From positions 34,348,001-34,412,000 of the forward strand of contig NC_043003.1 in assembly GCF_006345805.1 (NCBI RefSeq): a DNA stretch of 64,000 bases, in the 5' to 3' direction. Positions 1-14,305 of the stretch are shown here, one piece after another (position 1 is the stretch's first letter; every line of letters starts with the position of its first letter). Under the pieces are notes generated by a model. It had not been told where the DNA came from and made no database searches. It worked only from the letters and a program-made list of their open reading frames with translations. The translations under genes and the position numbers were made by a program. The DNA comes from Octopus sinensis (taxonomy: Eukaryota).

Positions 1-34
1 GGCCCAGTGATCACAAGAAAGTTAACTCGTTGGC

Positions 35-105
<71 letters not shown>

Positions 106-289
106 CAGTAGCAGCAGCAGCAGCAACAACAACAACAATAACTGAAGCAGCAGAAGCTATGTACAAACATCTTTGTTGCAACTGAGAGACATAAATCTGG
201 TAATCGTTGTTGTATAAGAATAAGAATTAAATGCTATGTTGTAAATATAGTGGTTGTTCACTTCTTATTGTTGCTGTTATTGTTGTCGT

Positions 290-760
290 TGTTTAGTGCC
301 AATCGACCCTGATCGAGCAGACCTACGGTCAATGGCTTTCCAGTTACGACTGTCCTATCTTTATAAAGTTATTATAGTGTATCTAGGACTATATTATTCT
401 GATCAGACACATGTTTCGTCCACCTTTTTTTTTTTTTAAAAAAAAAGCAGTGGAATTTGTTAGAGATTTTGCTGCTATTTCTAGGAGGCCAAGTGGTGAT
501 GTAGAATTTCCTCATTGATTAATGCTTTTTAGTTTTGCCCTTGAATTTGATTTATTCCAGGTCAGCCCTATTAGAGAAGACCTATGATAAAAAGCATTCT
601 GTCAGACACCATCCCGTCTTATTTATCTAGAAATTATCGTTTTTAGAACTATTTCCTTAAAAAAAAAACGATATTGTTATGATTCGAAAGACAATTTGGT
701 GCCGTTTCTAGAAGGTCTACCGAAGACAACGTACAAATTTCCCTGTTGGTTCGTGAGGTT
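290..760. repeat. Fragments of a further dispersed family (gatcgagcagacct / gctgctatttctag motifs)
   Basis: Motifs recur at about 6735, 16730, 27295, 44557, 50700, 53960-54090, 54180 and 54295. Confidence 0.55.
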
Positions 761-1084
761 TATATTTTTGCCAGTGTTGTTGGTGATGGGTTGCTGGTGG
801 TGAAAATGATTATATTACCATGGTTTCATTTGATGGTATTTAGAAAGGTAATAATGGATGGTATGGAAAGAGATAGTTAATTATCGAGTTGAAAGGTCAA
901 AGTTGTATTGCAGATCTATTTAATAGTGACAGATGGTGTCTCGATGTGGTGAAGGTAGTCGTGCCGAAGACGGTGGTGATGGTAATGATGGTGGTGGAAG
1001 TTACACTAATTCTGCTGAAGATGACCATAGAACGAGTAGCGGTTCTGGTGGTAATAGTGATGGTAATAGTAGTGGTCATAATAG

Positions 1085-1126
<42 letters not shown>

Positions 1127-2104
1127 CGACGACGATGATGATGTCAGTCATATTAATGGCGTTTATGTTGATAGCTGGAGAAATAGAAGTAGTGGGAATA
1201 ACGTTTCCGTCAAAGAAAGCTGGTTAAATTAGTAGTACTAATGGTAGTGACAGCTGTGGTGCTGGTAGTGGTGGTATAGGAGGAAGTGGTGGTGGTAGTA
1301 GTGCGTGTTGGTGGTGCTGCTGCTGGCTGTAGTGGTGGGGGTGTTAGCATTGTTTGTTGGTGGCGATAGTATTTATTCCGGTAACACTTGATAGTAGAAA
1401 CACTAGTGATAGTAGGTATCTAATAAGATAATACTATTGTTTATGCCATTTTTGTTGTTGCTAAATTGATGACTAGGCAGTAAATGTTAGTTAAGTGAAC
1501 CTAAACAATGTTTATGCAATTAGGATAGCAAACAAAAATACTTCATAGTTGATGGCAAAATGTTAATGGGTGATAAAGGTTATGATGACGATGGTGTTGA
1601 GACTTCTGTTATTTCTAGTGCGGAGATGATTGTTGTAATTATTAAACAAAAGGCCAGGCATGATCTAGTAGATCTGTGACCGGAGCCATTTCAGTTTTAT
1701 AGTTTTCTTGAAGCGTGCATTTCAGAGCAAACTTTCCAATGCGCTCAATGCCGTCTTAAAAACATGTGTACACTGAACGCTCGCTCGTGGATACTCACGG
1801 ATCAAGGGACCAAGTTTTGATCTATGTATAATGTGGCTTGCTGTCAGTAGATAAATACTAAATGGTCGAGTGCGTTGATTTGCTTGGGGGGGAGGGGGAA
1901 ACGTATAATACTACAAAGACTGTCCTGGTGGTGTTTCCTCTCTCTTCCTCCCTCCCTCCCAACCACCTCTTTTTTAAGAGACAGCATGGTGTGGTATGAA
2001 ACAGATTGAGGGGATGCTCCGAGCAGATCAACCGACCAGAGTGAGATCCCTTTTATTGGCTTCCTTTCGAAATCCTTCTCTAAATTAATGAATATATATA
2101 TATA

Positions 2105-2607
2105 CTAGCAGTATCGCCCGGCGTTGCTCGGGTTTGTAAGGGAAATAACTATATAAGCATTTTTAGAGAGTTACTTCCCTTATAAATTCGGGCTTTCTTA
2201 GCCATTTTTGTTTTGGTGTCTTCAAGCCATGAAGTCGTTGTTCTAAAAGAACGCTGGTTTCCTTCACAACGCATTACGACGTTGATTTCTTTACACTCCC
2301 TTCCCCACAGCTTCACGAGGGAGGGAGGAGGAGAAGCAAACAGGTGCAGGTGTGACCATGGACGCCAACTCCGCCGCCATCGACATACGATGCATTTTAT
2401 GCATAAAATGGAATAAAAAATTATGTTAAATATTTTTAAAATCGTAGACTCATCGTTGACGCGCGCTAATAGTCAGACGGGCTCGATATGAATCACGACT
2501 ATAAGATACCCGAATTTGGTTAAACTGCACCGCAAAATGTGGGAGGAGTTAGGAATCTAAATCGAAGGGGACAGACACTCACACAACTAGAGTTTTGTAT
2601 ATATAGA
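2105..2607 (-). mobile_element. Non-autonomous Helitron (~500 bp)
   Basis: On the minus strand it starts TC (2607-2606), ends CTAG (2108-2105), and sits between A and T. A GC-rich hairpin (cccgagcaacgccggg) lies about 8 nt before the CTAG. These are the canonical Helitron termini. No Rep/Hel ORF. Confidence 0.8.
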
Positions 2608-2719
2608 TATATATATATAGGTATGAATGTGACCGACTGCTGGAAGATATAAAAGTTAAGTCTCGTACTAAGTCAGCTCTATGGAAATTCTTAAATCAAC
2701 TACTATGCGTCGTACTGTG

Positions 2720-2950
2720 GAAGCGTATGGCTTAATAGTTACTGTGCTGCACACATAATCGTAAGAATATGGTTTCGATTCCTGGAGCAGGCGATGCGTT
2801 GCGTACTTGAGCAAAACACTTCATTTCATGTTGCTCCAGTGACTCAGCTGGCAAAAAAAATAACTATTCCTGCGAGGACTGGCGTGCCGTACAATGGAGG
2901 AATATAGTCATGGCAGAACCCAAGAAACCGGCTCTTAAGATACTATGAAC
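2720..2950 (+). mobile_element. Degenerate tRNA-headed CORE-type SINE
   Basis: A-box-like tggcttaatagtt and B-box-like ggtttcgattcc, then ttgagcaaaacacttcatttcatgttgctccagtgactcagctg. That body is shared with the 19490-19828 copy. Confidence 0.55.
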
Positions 2951-3424
2951 GAGGAAGGCCCTTTGGTCCACTGATCTTTTTATATCTAACAGTAATCTAA
3001 CGGTCATATTATCAACTTAGAGAAATATACTAAAATGGATACACACTAGACTACCAACACACATTTTCTAACAAATAATCAATCCTTCAATACCACAACT
3101 ACAATCATCACTAGCAAACGAGAATGGTTTACTAGCTGGTTACTCTTAAACTTCCTACTACTACTACTTGGTAAATGTCTGTATGCTTGAATGCGTGTAT
3201 GTACATATGTATTTCTTCTTTTATGCTTGTTTTGCTTGTCTGTCTGTCTATCTGTCTGTCTATCTGTCTGTCCATCTCATAGACACTTTTCATTTTCTTT
3301 TTCTGACACTTAATTTTTCTGTTTACCTCTCGGCCTGCCAATATGAAACCTCAACACAACACACTTATACACGCACGTGCGCGCTGCGTACACGCACGTA
3401 TGCATACAACAGCACGTGGAAACA

Positions 3425-3458
3425 AGTGTATACATACATACATACATACATACATACA

Positions 3459-3494
<36 letters not shown>

Positions 3495-3655
3495 CATATA
3501 TATATATACATATATATATATGGATGTCGATTTCAAACATCTCTTCGCATGGATAACCATAAATAAACATTCATATACAAGTTTCTAAATTTCTCGAAAG
3601 GAAACCATAAACAAACATAATCACATTTTTTAAGATAGGCAATGAACATATATGC

Positions 3656-3686
<31 letters not shown>

Positions 3687-4974
3687 TGTATGTATGTATG
3701 TATGTATGTATGTATGTATGTATGTATTGGTACTTATATCCATACACACACACACAATAATATAGCAGTTAGATGCACAGACACTTAAACATATAGCGCG
3801 TAAAACAGAGATAATAACACGAAAATATCATACGACAAACAATACTCACACCCAGAAAGATACATACACACATACACACACACTCATACACATTCATGTA
3901 TATATATGTATATATGTGCCTATGTATGTATGTGTTTGGGCTAAAAGAGAGACAGACAGACAAACAGATAGAGTGAGAGAGAAAGACAGAAAGAGACAGA
4001 GACATAGGTGAGTGAGTATATAAATATATGTGTCTGTGTGCGAATTCACAAAATATATTTTTTTTATACTCTATGATAAGATTTCAATTAATTTTGATTT
4101 ACTCCTCACAAAACTGTCTCCAGCATTGTTTGTATATTTCTCGCACATCTACACCTCACTCCTTTCTTGTTAGCATTTTATTTCATTCATTCGTTGTTTT
4201 ATTTTTAATATACCTTTTTTTTTTCATTTTTTAAAAATATTTTAATATATTTTTCTCCATCATGTCCGCGTAAATATGTCTATTTATAATATATACATAC
4301 ATACATATATAAACATATATAATAATATAAATGATACATACATACACAGAGACAGGCAGGCACACACACAACACACACACACACACACACACACAACATA
4401 TATATATACACCCCAAGCTTCACACACACACATATATGAATGTATTTACATTCGTGTATGTATCAGACTTTATTGTATGAGTATTGTGTACATCTCAAAT
4501 ATTACCTGTAGATGTGTATATACAGTGCGCACACTTTAACGTATACGTGTGTTTATTATGGTAATATGGAAGGTACAAATATATTTCTGTCTTTTATTAC
4601 TCTGTTTATCGTCATATCAATCATATAGAGGCCTCTGGTCCTCATATACACTCATGTATATATGTATGTATGCATGTATGTATGTATGTATGTATGTATG
4701 TATGTATGTATGTATGTATGTATGTATGTATGTATGCATGTATGTATGTATGTGTGTGTATGTACGTATAGATGGATGGATAGTTGGATGGATGGATGGA
4801 TACACAGACATACTGTATAAATATTTCTTTCTTTAATAATATAATTCTTATATACTTTTCTTTTCTGACGTTTTCAAAATAAGAAACCATCTTTAAGAAA
4901 CGTGTTTCATGGACAAATATGTGTATATTTCTGAGGTAGAAGAGGAGTTGATGAGGTTTCTATACTTAGATGCC

Positions 4975-5008
<34 letters not shown>

Positions 5009-5084
5009 TACATAAATATATATTTATATGGTTATTTATATATACATATATATATATACATAATAGATATAATATACATAATAT

Positions 5085-5179
<95 letters not shown>

Positions 5180-5213
5180 TAATATAATAATATATATACA
5201 TATAATACATACA

Positions 5214-5245
<32 letters not shown>

Positions 5246-5950
5246 CAGAAATGATGCATCACGCAGTGAAATTTTAGGATAATATAAATGTACTACAGGA
5301 TCTATATGTTTTAGAAATAAAAGTTTAGCCGACGCATAACGTGCAATCATATTGAAGACAAATGTAAATATATGTCAATACAGTAAAAAAAATGATCATA
5401 GTAGGGATCGGCCCAATTAATTTCATCGCTATCTGTGACGGTACTTCAACGATCTAGCACTTGCCTCTCTTTATTCTATTGTAGTGTAGTGATATAACCA
5501 CTACTGTAAGAGACTTCATTTAACTTGAAAATCCAATTTGCATGAAAGATGTGCTTTGTTGGCAGCAAGGTCAATTAAGCAATTATAGACGCGTTAGCCA
5601 GCGGATTTTGGGGGAATGTAATTGTTGAATAGATTATATGTACAAGTTTTAGCTGGCACTGATTGTGCAAATTTGTTGGCCTATCCGTGAGAAACGCTAT
5701 TTTTTCTTATGCAAATTGGAGAATCCATTTTCATGAAGGCAGTATTAATTCTGACCCTAAACAAAATTTCACTGTGGTCAGAAGATAGTCAAATATTGGG
5801 TTCGGAAGAACTGTCCAAAATAGAACCGACATTGCTTGGAACGATCCCGCTTTTGCACCTCTTGTAAAGATTATATAGTTATTTATCTGATGTATTCGAT
5901 TAAACACATAATGCAAGCTAAGAATAGTGTGCTGACAATGGATAGATAGG

Positions 5951-6004
<54 letters not shown>

Positions 6005-7798
6005 TAGATAGATAGATAGATAAATACATACATACATACTCAAACATAAAACATACATACATACAAACGTACGCACGTAAATGGATATATTAAATATAGA
6101 CACATTCATTTACATTTACATACATTTATGTATATATATACATCAATACACATACGTTTGTATATTCATACACACGTATAAATGCACGCAAAAAAAAACA
6201 TATGCACGCATTCACACACATAGATAGATAGATAAATAACTAGATACATGCATTTATACATACACCACACACACACGCATACACACATTGTGAGGAAGGT
6301 CATGTAGAAGAAGTGGGTTTCATAAATTTTTAAGAATTCTAGGATCGAGACAACTAGAGGAAGATTTTATTAGAATCGTAAAGTGAATTATGATAAATTT
6401 ATAGACGAAGGGAAGTAAATTTAAGTGTGAAGAGTCTTAAATGTTTTGAAAGGGAAAGAATAAAATGGAACGAAGTCAATGTCTGGAAGCAAACCGGTAT
6501 TTGGAAATCAACGAATTAATGGATAAATATAGGGAAAAAGTAATCCACCGTTATTAATACATTTATACAAAATGTTGCTGGTACGTTGGTGAAGTGTTAT
6601 AAAACTAGTTGAAGGACACAAACTCATGGTGAGTGAAAGGAATTGGAATAATTTAGGATAATTTAATGTAAATCATCTCATAAGATACTTCATTTTAAGA
6701 TTGCAGTTTTTGCTTAGGCCTATGTCAGCCCAGATCGAGCAGGCGAGCAGGACTTTGTTCAAATGCCTTCTATTCGTAACCATGTATGTGTGTATGTATG
6801 TATGTATGTATGCATGTATGTATGTATGAATGCATGCATGTATGTGTGTGTGTGTATGTGTGTATGTATGTATGTATGTATGTATGTATGTATGTATATA
6901 TGTATGTATGCATGTATGCATGTATGTATGTATGTATGTATGCATGTATGAGTTTTGGGATGGATGGATGGATGGATGATGGATGGATGGACGGATGGAT
7001 TGATGGATGAACGGATGGATGGATGGATGGATGGATGGATGGAAGGATGGATGGAAGGATGGATAAACGGATGGCTTGTAGATAGATTTATGTGTTTACT
7101 TTCGTCTGTATGTGTGGTGTGTGTGTGTGTAGATAATATTCGATCTATATATATGAATATGGGCGGTGAAATATATAATTGAAGAAGACTGCGAGACAAA
7201 AACAATGGCTTTGTTGTTATGATATAATGATACTATTCATATAAATTTTACATACGTGAGCACACATACACGACTGCAGACATTACAGACGGGCGAGTGC
7301 GACCACAAATTCAGTGTTACTTAATGATATTTTTTTTTACTACGGATGCAGACTCAACAATTTTTCTATAAATAAACAGAGAAACGAAAAAAACATAGGA
7401 TAATGGCAGACAAAGCACAAACTCACAAACAAACAAACAAGCACAAACGCAAACACATACACACAAATACGGACGCATAAACAGAAGCAGACAAATGGAC
7501 ACACACACATGCATACACACACGCATACCCATACAATCTGCAATGATGGATATTAATTTTTTATATGGCTACGTATTCCAAGGGAGACAACTGAGTATTA
7601 GAGTGACCTCCGTACCTAACTGGTACGTTACACCGAAAGGCTGAAAGAATATCTCTCGACTGGATTCGAACACGCAACATGGTGGAGCCCAATATATGCT
7701 TGTGTGTTCGTATGTACATACGCAAATGCTTATACAGAACTGTGCGTGTGTGTGCATAAGTGTGTGTGTATGCGCGCGCGTATGTCTGGGTTTATGTG

Positions 7799-7830
<32 letters not shown>

Positions 7831-7861
7831 CAGAGAGAGAGACATACAGACAGACAGACAA

Positions 7862-7920
<59 letters not shown>

Positions 7921-7990
7921 TACACACATACCACCTGACTTCGTCTTTGCTATTTTTTGTGAATCTCCCTAGATATATATATGATAGATA

Positions 7991-8026
<36 letters not shown>

Positions 8027-8055
8027 ATATATATATATACTATCTTATATATATT

Positions 8056-8086
<31 letters not shown>

Positions 8087-8700
8087 GATATATATATAAC
8101 ATACATACATACATATACATACAGAAGTTAATCATTTAGATACATATTAGCATGTCTAGATATGCAACTATATGCATGAGAATACATACATAAAGCAAAA
8201 CATACCAATCTGCACATATACATACATACATACATACATACATACATACATACATACATACATACATACATACAGGCATGCATACATGTACCTATGTATT
8301 GGTCACTGTTCACATACAGTCACCATGTGACTGTGCGCCAGATAATACAGTCATGAAAGGGCACTGTGGTCAGATTACTTAATACTGAATCTGCAAGAGC
8401 CCTTTGATTGACCCCAAATAGCTGACCTTTTATTGCATTACACATGTGATTATCTTTGCATGCTTTTATTTTCCCTGTCCCGTTCTATTATGACCGATTC
8501 TTCGGAACTACAGGCAGCTTTTTTTTTTTTAAATTCCCCCCATCCATTTCCTTTGTGGCTCATCATCATCATCATCAACAGGCGGCGAGCTGGCAGAATC
8601 GTTAACAAAATGCTTAGCGATATTTCGTCTGTATTTACGTTCTAAGTTCAAATTCCCTGAGGTCCACTATGTATATGTATGTGTATGTATGTATGTATGT
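3425..8700. repeat. Representative dense compound microsatellites (TACA, TA, GATA, GGAT, CA)
   Basis: Seen directly. Equivalent tracts occur throughout the window and produce most of the ORF-track entries. Confidence 0.95.
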
Positions 8701-8944
8701 ATGTATGTATGTATGTATATGTATGTATGTATGTATGCATCAGTGTGTTGTCGTTTGGGACTATAAAATAAGTACAGTTGCATACTGGGGTTGATCTAAT
8801 CGACTGGCACCCTCCCAAAAAATTTCGAGCCTTTTGACTAGTGTAGAAAAGATTGTTGTTGTTGTTATTATTATTATTATTATCATCATCATCATTATTA
8901 TTATTATTTTTTTGTTTGTTTTTTGGGTTTTTTTTTGTTTTTTT

Positions 8945-9220
8945 GCATAGCTTCTAACGCTGGAGATGTACTACGGTAACACCCCTTATTTTTCGAGCAG
9001 TATCCGGAGTATTTGAGCAGTTCCAAGCAGTGCTGTTTTTCTGCAAGTGCTCCACCCTTATTGCAGCCCCTATTTCTTCCATGTACTTCTCAAGAATTTT
9101 ACTCACTGTCCCCAGGTCTCCGACATTAATGGTACTACTACCACCTTTTTCATCGACCACAACTGCTTAACCTTCCAAGCTAACCAGTCATATCTATCGA
9201 CTTTTCTTTTTCTTTATCGC
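8945..9220 (-). mobile_element. 5'-truncated 3' end of a restriction-like-endonuclease non-LTR retrotransposon (R4/Dong-like), with short 3'UTR and A-rich tail
   Basis: With three 1-nt frame corrections the minus strand reads EKEKVDRYDWLAWKVKQLWSMKKVVVVP..VGDLGTVSKILEKYMEEIGAAIRVEHLQKTALLGTAQILRILLEK* (stop 8988-8986). This matches the typical RLE C-terminus (GALG...LQK..LLGTA.IL). It is flanked on both sides by (TAA)n. Confidence 0.75.
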
Positions 9221-9242
9221 ATTATTATTATTATAATTATTA

Positions 9243-9285
<43 letters not shown>

Positions 9286-9288
9286 TAC

Positions 9289-9329
<41 letters not shown>

Positions 9330-9351
9330 TATTATTATTATTATTATTATT

Positions 9352-9915
9352 ATTGAGTGAGAGAGCAGCACACGCCGCCAAAGTGACATGAGATACAAAT
9401 ATACGAAGCCCAACATAGCCATCATGCCTACACGTCTGATAAGGGTACACCAGCTACATGCATCACAACCATGTGTACACGACATGGTGACCTTATATCA
9501 AAATATACAACGCATGACCTTGCAGGTGGGACCCAATTAGAATTTTCTTCGGGTCGTGTAGCCTATATCACTCAAAAGCATCTTGAATAAGGTCTGTTTA
9601 ATGATTATGTACGAAACGCCCATTGTTGCCAGAGGTGAATTATTCAAACCTCAAAAGAATTCCTCTCGATTCTATGATGACACTCCTCAACTACTCCTGC
9701 TCGTGATTAGAGATGCACATATTGTCGGCCACTAAGGGACATGCTCAACTAGTTAAGGTCAAGCAAATGACAAGCAAATCTGTGTGGTACTGAACAGAAT
9801 ATTTGCTATAACCCAACTTTTACACCAAGACAAAAAGCATGTACATGATAACACTTCCAATCAATTAAGTTTAGAAGCCATGTGACCCACTGCCTGGTAT
9901 TGCATTAAGATACTT
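9352..9915. repeat. ~560-bp probable interspersed repeat between (ATT)n and (ATC)n tracts
   Basis: Non-coding complex block sharply bounded by trinucleotide microsatellites. It resembles an abundant octopus repeat as I recall it, but there is only one copy in the window. Confidence 0.4.
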
Positions 9916-9968
<53 letters not shown>

Positions 9969-10626
9969 TTCTTTTTTCTATCAAGAACAATAACAACTGT
10001 ATCAAATTCATGCCCCACTTTGGCAGATGTCGATTGTCGACTAGAAATACACGAATTATTTCATCTCACCGTTGTGTGTGTGTGTGCGCGTGTATGTATG
10101 GATGTATGTGTGTGACCGGGTATGTGTGAGAGAGAGAGAGTGGGAATAAGAGAAACTGTGAGAGTGTAAGAGAGTGTGAGAGAGTGTGTGTACTTGTATA
10201 TGTGTGCGCGCGTATTTCTTGTATAATATTGGATATGAATGAAAGCTTTAATAAAAAAAAAAATTTTTAAGGGGAAAATACATCCGATAAAATACAGAGA
10301 GAGAGAGAGAAGTTTTAAATACTGCTATTCTTTACAAGTTTTGTTGTCTGTCTAGTCAGAATGATATGAAAGGAAGTTGCTTGTTTCTAGATATAGGTAA
10401 TCGACGACATATTCTCACGTTCAGATCACCTGGATGACAACCATGTGTTTGAAGTTTTGTTTATCCACTTAAAGTTCTCACATGTACCATGCGCTTTTTT
10501 CCTTTTCGGCTGTAAATAACAGAGACAGCGGGGTAAAGACAAATGTTCGGCAACTTGATAAGTAAAAAGTGGAACAAAAAAAAAAATCTATTGCCGATAG
10601 ACCTGACCTCTTAGTCAGTTTAGTAG

Positions 10627-10686
<60 letters not shown>

Positions 10687-10891
10687 GTGTGTCTCTGTGT
10701 GTGTGTGTGTGCGTGTGTGTGCGTGTGTGTGTGTGTGTGTTGTGTGTGCGTGTGTATGTGTGTGTTTTTGTCTATGTGTGTACGAGTGAGTGTATGCGTG
10801 CACATTTGTGTTACACGTACATATATACACACACAATTTTTAGATGTATTTTAGAGTCATTTCTGTTTCGATTCTCAGGGAATCTGATTAG

Positions 10892-10945
<54 letters not shown>

Positions 10946-11085
10946 CATATATGTGTGTGTTTGTGTGTTTGCATGCGTGTGTGCATAGATATGTATGTAG
11001 ATAGATAGAAAGTTAGACAGACAGACAGACAGACAGAGAGGGTGAAATGAATAAATAAAGAAGAAAGAAAGAAGAAGAAAGAAAA

Positions 11086-11117
<32 letters not shown>

Positions 11118-11125
11118 AGAAGAAA

Positions 11126-11183
<58 letters not shown>

Positions 11184-11904
11184 GCGCAGAGAGAAAGATA
11201 GTATGTTACTTCTATGGCTTTTAACAAAACTTGGCCAATCCAGTTCATGGAAATCTTGTCCAGAAACAGAAATACGATACATTCAAACCATTAGTAATAG
11301 GTCACATTTTCTTTCTGATCTGTCTCTCTCAAAAATTCAAAATCGGAGTTTTATTCAAATCGAAGCTATGCATCCTTCAAATTTTATTGCTTCTAATCCC
11401 TGTAGAGATGTTTTCTCGGCACCATTCGTGAATTTTCTACAGTTATTGTTTTCATTTGGTGAAACTGGGTTATCCTACAAAGCCCTGCCCTAAATAAATA
11501 TGATCTTGCGGCTAGCCCTACTCTAGATAAATATGCGTTCATTGTTATTACTCAACATTTAGGTCAAACCTAATCGAATAGACCTATAATTAGAAGCAAA
11601 CTAGCGAGGACCATTAGGTCTTTTTGTGCCTTAGAGACATTATTAGATGCATTCCCTATTTAAAACGGTAAGATTTGGCTTGCAAAAGAGATTTACATGC
11701 TATCTCAAGCAAGTCCGGCGACTGTATAGAGTTTGGTTAAGCATTCACTGGAGATTAATAAAGATGATACGAGGGAATGGTAATCTTTGTACCACCATAA
11801 TTGCTTCTATGCCATGTGGATATTGAACAGCATTATTCCGCATAGTTTTGAGATCTCTCGGAGTTTTTCGTAACAGTAGCAAGAAAAAATTCAACAGAAA
11901 TACA

Positions 11905-12298
11905 CATGGCAGTGTGGTAAGTAGCTTGCTAACCAACCACATGGTTCCGGGTTCAGTCCCACAGCGTGGCATCTTGGGCAAGTGTCTTCTGCTATAGCCC
12001 CGGGCCGACCAATGCCTTGTGAGTGGACTTGGTAGACGGAAACTGAAAGAAGCATTCGTATATATGTATGTATATATATATATGTATGTGTGTGTTTGTG
12101 TGTCTGTGTTTGTACCCCTAGCATTGCTTGACAACAGATGCTGATGTGTTTACGTCCCCGTCACTTAGCGGTTCGGCAAAAGAGACCGATAGAATAAGTA
12201 CTGCGCTTACAAAGAATAAGTCCCGGGGTCGATTTGCTCGACTAAAAAAAGGCGGTGCTCCAGCATGGCCGCAGTCAAGTAAAAGAGTAAAAGAGTAT
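11905..12298 (+). mobile_element. SINE family B (tRNA head, CORE-like cttgggcaagtgtctt, internal TA/TG microsatellite, (AAGAGTA)n tail)
   Basis: Head gtgtggtaagtagcttgct...ggttccgggttcagtccc; near-identical to about ten other copies in the window. Confidence 0.85.
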
Positions 12299-14010
12299 TA
12301 TATTAAGACATCTGTTGTACAATAGCCGATAGTCAATACTTCAGCTGGCTTGTAGGTTTTTTCCCAAAACTAAATACACAAATACACAAATATTCAAATA
12401 CACAAATATTCAACAAAAAAAAAAAAAGTCGTCCACCTCTTTGTTTGATTTCCTCTTCTTACATTTCTCTGAGATGTTCTTTTAGTTTCACAGAAAGCCT
12501 TTCTTCGTTTTTAAAAGATTATAACACACCCCTACACTCAAACACGTAAACAGTCAATAACATCCCCCCCACACACACATACACATACGTAAATACGTAT
12601 TTGTACGGCTGCATGTGTGTATGTCTGCGTGTATGTGTATAAAACTTGTAGGTAACAGCCACAAATAATAAAAAAAAGTAAGAAAGTTAGATAATGAGAG
12701 AAGCTAACTCCCGACAAAGCTCTCTCTGTTTTTCAGCCAAGTGTTGTCCTTATTTTTATGTCTTGATTATTAAGATCAGCCTTCGAGCATTAATCATAAA
12801 TAATATTTTACCTACTAAGTCTTCTGAGGAGTATTAGCTGGATAGACCAGCATAATCAACAGTGAAACGGAGAGTTACAGAAACGCTAATGGTACCCTCT
12901 CCATGTGCTATTATTCCAACTGCAAGTTAAATAAGAAGTGTAGGGATCTCGGTGGTGAGACACATAAGACCTTCTATTAGAGTTGTGTAATCAAAATAAT
13001 GTAGTGAATATTCTTCACTGCTTTCAGTGTAGCCTTCACAGTTTTGTGGCTGTTTAAACGGATCAAGATGATTACAACTCAACCAAATTAAATAATGCAC
13101 TTAATGGTAACCGAATTATTTCATCCTCTGTGTTTATTGGCTGATTTAGATTCAAGGGGTTCATAAAATTTACATAAACTTATGTAAAAAAGAAGAACCT
13201 GAATAACTCAGAAAATAGCATATTTAGGAACTAATACCTAGACTAAACTACAGTTGTCTGGTCGTGCCTCTGGAGAAGAAATTTAATCACACATACAGCT
13301 AGGAGAAAAAGTTCTTAATCTGAAAATTTGCCCTTTGTTTCAAAGAGTAATAATTGCCTCGGTGAAACAAAAGTATTAATTTTATTTCCTTATAACGTTA
13401 TAGAATTTGCAGTAGAAAATCGGCTTTATGTTCTTAAATGAGACACACGACTCCATTTATCCAAGACATAGCTGTTTGGTTTGTGACTATATGGCTTCTG
13501 GTTTGACCATATTGCGCAGCGCCTTTGTCAAGTATCTTTAACCGTAGCCTTGAGTCCACCAAAGCTTTGTGTGTGTGTCTGAAATTTTGTAGACGAAAAA
13601 TGTGAGGAAGATCACCGGTGGTATCTTTTTGTTGTTAGGATGTATACTTAAGTCGATATCCCGTTTAATACCATCAGCTGGGATCCCTTTAGCGGAGTCC
13701 ATTCTATTGAAAGATTTTAGGGATATCTACCAGTTACAGGGTAACCTCCTCCTGTCCTCCCAAACGTCTCAAAAGCCTTGAAAAGTCATGCCCACCGCCC
13801 TACTTCCTCCCAGTAAGTTTATGCATGTGTGTGCGTGCGCATATTATCATACAAAATTGGACATTATTTCTGATTAAATAAAAGGAATCGGCATCCAGCC
13901 AAGTCTGATTATTTTTACTTTCTGTCATGATATAGTTAAACAGTAAACAACATCTAATGCGGAAACCACGAAGTAAAGCTCTTTTAACAATGCATATATA
14001 TATATATATA

Positions 14011-14305
14011 TATAATCAAAATAAGCAACAAGAATAACTTCGGTAATTTGGTACGATCGTTTCGCACTACATCATTTTATTAAATGTTATAAGTATTACA
14101 ACAGTTTTAAAACTTTGAGCACTCATCGGCCATAAATAGAAGTTTTCCATTAATACATAATTTTCATATCAAACCTCTATTAATGGCTGATGAGTGCTCA
14201 GCATTTTAAAACTGTTGTAATACTTATCACATTTAATAAAATGATGTAGTGCGAAACGATCGTACTAAATTACCGCAGTTATTCTTGTTGCTTATTTTGA
14301 TTATA
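14011..14305. mobile_element. ~295-bp palindromic element (~130-bp arms) at a (TA)n tract, with a hammerhead-like motif in each arm
   Basis: Left arm tataatcaaaataagcaacaagaataac... is the near reverse complement of right arm ...gttattcttgttgcttattttgattata. The right arm carries CTGATGA (14187-14193) and GAAACGATCGTA (14253-14264). Confidence 0.8.

Noticed and set aside
889-1232. Asp/Gly/Ser-rich and Met/Val-rich ORFs
   Set aside because: Degenerate (GAT/GGT)n with no convincing splice context or motif.
8954-9160. 68-aa ORF as a host terminal exon
   Set aside because: Better explained as a frameshifted RLE retrotransposon C-terminus.
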